From the human T2T-CHM13v2.0 reference genome, Homo sapiens, in the NCBI RefSeq assembly GCF_009914755.1, contig NC_060933.1: a stretch of 64,000 nucleotides of DNA; one strand, given 5' to 3'. Both the position numbers and the translations under genes were made by a program. The notes beneath the pieces are model-generated. The model was not told where the DNA came from. It did no database searches and worked only from the letters and a program-made list of their open reading frames with translations. Each line of letters starts with the position of its first letter. Positions within the stretch are counted from its first letter, which is position 1. This document shows, one piece after another, positions 59,392 to 64,000 of the stretch.

Positions 59392-59993
59392 TAAGTCAAA
59401 ACATACACTCATAGAAAATGAATTAAGCTCATTAATTTGTTTTGAAAGCATAATTTTTAGTGAGATGGCTTCAGGAGATTAGTAGGAAGTGAATGCTAAT
59501 CTAATAATGTAATTTCAGAAAATAATGTTAGTAAATAATCTTACCTTTAAAATGTTAGTCAAGGATAGTTTCTGTCCCATTTCTTTCTCTCTCTCTCTCT
59601 TTTTTTTTTTGCTTTTGTATGGCTTTTTTCCCCTGAAAAGTCTCATGTAGTTAACCTGATCTGTTAGTTTTTGTCACTAAGTACTTTCGAAGCTTTATAA
59701 TTAATAATGTGATCTTGTTATAAAATTGCTTGTCAGAATTTTCCTAAATAGAAATATTAATGAGTTTAATTTATTTTTTGGTAGATCACAACCTAAACCC
59801 AAAGTTTCAAGTGGTACTGCTACTCCGGGCACAATCATTTTTGATTGTGATCTTTAGTATTATCACTAGAGCGTGCCTCAAGAAAGACTATTTGTGTAAC
59901 ATTTTCAAGATGTTACAGAAAGGCATCCTTGTGAAATAGGGAATAATTATCAAGGAATTTAAAGAAGTGTAATTCACAAAGTGGTTAAAACAT

Positions 59994-60545
59994 AACTAGA
60001 AATACCATTTGACCCAGCAATCCCATTACTGGGTGTATACCCAAAGGATTATAAACCATGCTGCTATAAAGACACATGCACACGTATGTTTATTGCAGCA
60101 CTATTCACAATAGCAAAGACTTGGAAGCAACACAAATATCCAACAATGATAGACTGGATTAAGGAAATGTCGCACATATACACCATGGAATACTATGCAG
60201 CCATAACAAATAATGAGTTCATGTCCTTTGTAGGGACATGGATGGAGCTGGAAACCATCATTCTCAGCAAACTATCGCAAGGACAAAAAACCAAACACTG
60301 TATGTTCTCACTCATAGGTGGGAATTGAACAATGAGAACACATGGACACAGGAAGGGGGGAACATCACACACCGGGGCCTGTCGTGGGGTGGGGGGATGG
60401 GGGAGGGATAACATTTGGAGATATACCTAATGTTAAATGATGAGTTACTGGGTGCAGCACACCAACATGGCACAGGTATACATATGTAACTAACCTGCAC
60501 GTTGTGCACATGTACCCTAAAACTTAAAGTATAAAAAAAAAAAAA
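59994..60545 (+). mobile_element. 5'-truncated L1PA element
   Basis: ORF MFIAALFTIAKTWKQHKYPT...; L1 3' UTR and poly-A. Confidence 0.93.
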
Positions 60546-61253
60546 CTTGTTCAGCCTGAAGGGGTGTGTGGAAGGCAGAAGGAAAAAGCCCCACCTCCAG
60601 TGCCTTGGTCACAGTGCTGGGCGCTAATTGCCTTCAGACATGCTTTAGTTCTTTTTGATCACCAACCAGCCAATCTAGTTCTCCCCCAGGAGTTGTTGTT
60701 CTGAATTATTCCTCAGTGCCAAATGCTTAATTGTTCCTAGATAATGGGTGAAATGCACAAGGGTGAAACCTAAAATTTGTTTGCTAAACACAAGTATTCC
60801 TAAATTTTTTTGTTGTTGTTCATTTTAGTTTTCTTAACCTACATTAAGGAGTACAACATGATGTTTTGATACAATTATTTCTAGTGAAGTGGTTCTTATA
60901 ATCAAGCAAATCAACATATTCTTTTCTCACATTGTTACCCTTTAAATATGAGTATTTCTAATGGAATCTTCAGAATCTCACAAGTAGAGCCCTTTTAGAA
61001 GGCAGCAAGTGTTACCTGTCAAGCCATATATCACTGATAGCCATTTCTCTTCCCTGTCTACTTTGTTTGTACTGCTTGTTCAGTATAAATCACCTTAGAA
61101 ACACAGGTGCTTCTTTAGAATGATTTTAAAATTATACTTGCTTACAACAGGTATGCTCTCACACATCTTCAGTGTGAAAACACTGTTTAGTGGATAATTT
61201 GGTTTGCTCTCAGGGCAAGTTTTTAAAAACTGCAAGTCATTAAGAATCATTAG

Positions 61254-61514
<261 letters not shown>

Positions 61515-61873
61515 ACTGTGGTTAGTTACATGACCATTTCTCTTTTGGGTTTCATTTCTCTAATATAATTCTTGTTTTTAATTTGGTGAAATACTGAATT
61601 CTGTTGACTTATGCATGTTTTGTAAAGATCATAATTAGCTGTGTTAACACAGAAAGGAAATGGGAACTTTACATTTTTTAATTCCCTGGAGCTCTCATTT
61701 TCAAGAGATACCCGTTTACTAACTTTATTCCATAAATATGACTAAACTGACACATTTAAAATGTCTTTAAAAGCTGCATTTAAGTTAGGTTTTAGAAATT
61801 GCATATTATTGCCTGATAACTGATGATATAGTTTGAGATGCTTTGGCTTACTCTCTAATTGATTATAGTTTAG

Positions 61874-62978
<1,105 letters not shown>

Positions 62979-63009
62979 GTTTGTGCTTTTCTTACATAAG
63001 AGTACATCC

Positions 63010-64000
63010 TCTGACTATAAAAATCCTGGAAGAAAACCTAGGAAATACTCTTCTGGACTTCATACTTCTCAATTAATTTATGGCAAAGTCCTCAAAAGCA
63101 ATTGCAAGAATAACAAAAATTGACAAGTATGATCTAATTAAGCTAAAGAGCGTCTGCACAGCATGAGAAACTATCACAGGATTAAACAGACAGCGTAGAG
63201 AATGGAAGAAAATATTCACAAACTATGGATACAGCAAACGCCTATTATCCAGAATCCATAAGAGATCTAAACAAATCAACAAGCAAAAAATAAATAACAC
63301 CATTAAAAATGGGCAAAGGACGTGAACAGACACTTCTCAAAATAACACATGTAAGTGGCCAACAAACATATTAACAAATGCTTACCATTGTTAATCATCA
63401 GAAAAGTGCCAAACAAAACATCAGTGAGATACTATTTCACACCAGTCAGAATAACTTTTGTTGAAAAGTAAAAAGAAAAAAAAAAAGATGTTGGGGAAGC
63501 AGTGGAGAAAAGGGAACACACACCGTTTGTGGCAATGTAAATTAATTCAGCTACTATGGAGAGCAGTTTGGAAATTAAGAACTAAGGATGACCGTTGGAT
63601 GCAGCAATCCCATTACTATACTAGGGGTATACCTAAAGGACAATAAATCATTGTAATAAAAAGATGCTTGCACATGTGTGTTCATTGCAGCACTATTCAA
63701 AGCAGCAAAGACATGGAGTCAATCCAGGTGCATCCAAGGCAGATTGAAAATCCAAGGTAGATTGGAATGTTCCATACATACCATGGAATACTATGCAGCC
63801 AAGAAAAGAACAAAATCATGTCCTTTGCAGCAACATGGATACAGCTGGAATCCACTATCCTAAGCAAACTAACACAGAAACAGAAACCAAATATCTCATG
63901 TTTTCACTTATGTGGGAGCTACACATTGGGTGCACATTGTCATAAACCTGGGAACAATAGACACTGGGAAATAAGAACAGGGAGGGACAGAGTGGGCCAG
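63010..64000 (+). mobile_element. L1 (L1PB/old L1PA-type) ORF2 end and 3' UTR, running off the window
   Basis: ctggaagaaaacctaggaaatac..., atctaattaagctaaagagc, ORF MFIAALFKAAKTWSQSRC. Confidence 0.85.

Overview
Primate (human-like) genomic DNA: AT-rich, Alu/L1-dense, with a CpG island at the 5' end. The window holds one + strand gene of the ANKRD20A family (ANKRD26/ANKRD18/ANKRD30/POTE/CCDC144 superfamily). I joined 15 GT-AG exons by hand (ATG 296 to TAA 42380, 2472 nt) into an intact 823-aa protein: N-terminal ankyrin repeats plus a long coiled coil. Several near-identical paralogs exist, so I cannot tell which copy this is. Main observation: the 823-aa form ends by reading through a consensus splice donor (GTAAGT at 42330) and appears to use a poly(A) signal at the 3' end of an old L1. 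Downstream lie six more exons (43866-61514) with canonical splice sites, matching phases and no internal stops. Splicing at 42329/42330 would give a 21-exon, 1173-aa ANKRD18A/ANKRD26-like isoform with a DUF3496-like C-terminus. Other features: a decayed CCDC144-like large exon, a diverged U6 pseudogene that may be a chimeric retrocopy, a single 29/73-nt exon doublet, and many Alu, L1, LTR and Tigger/MER5 relics. No prokaryotic-type systems (CRISPR, rRNA, tRNA) were seen. Family and repeat names come from recalled sequences, not from searches.
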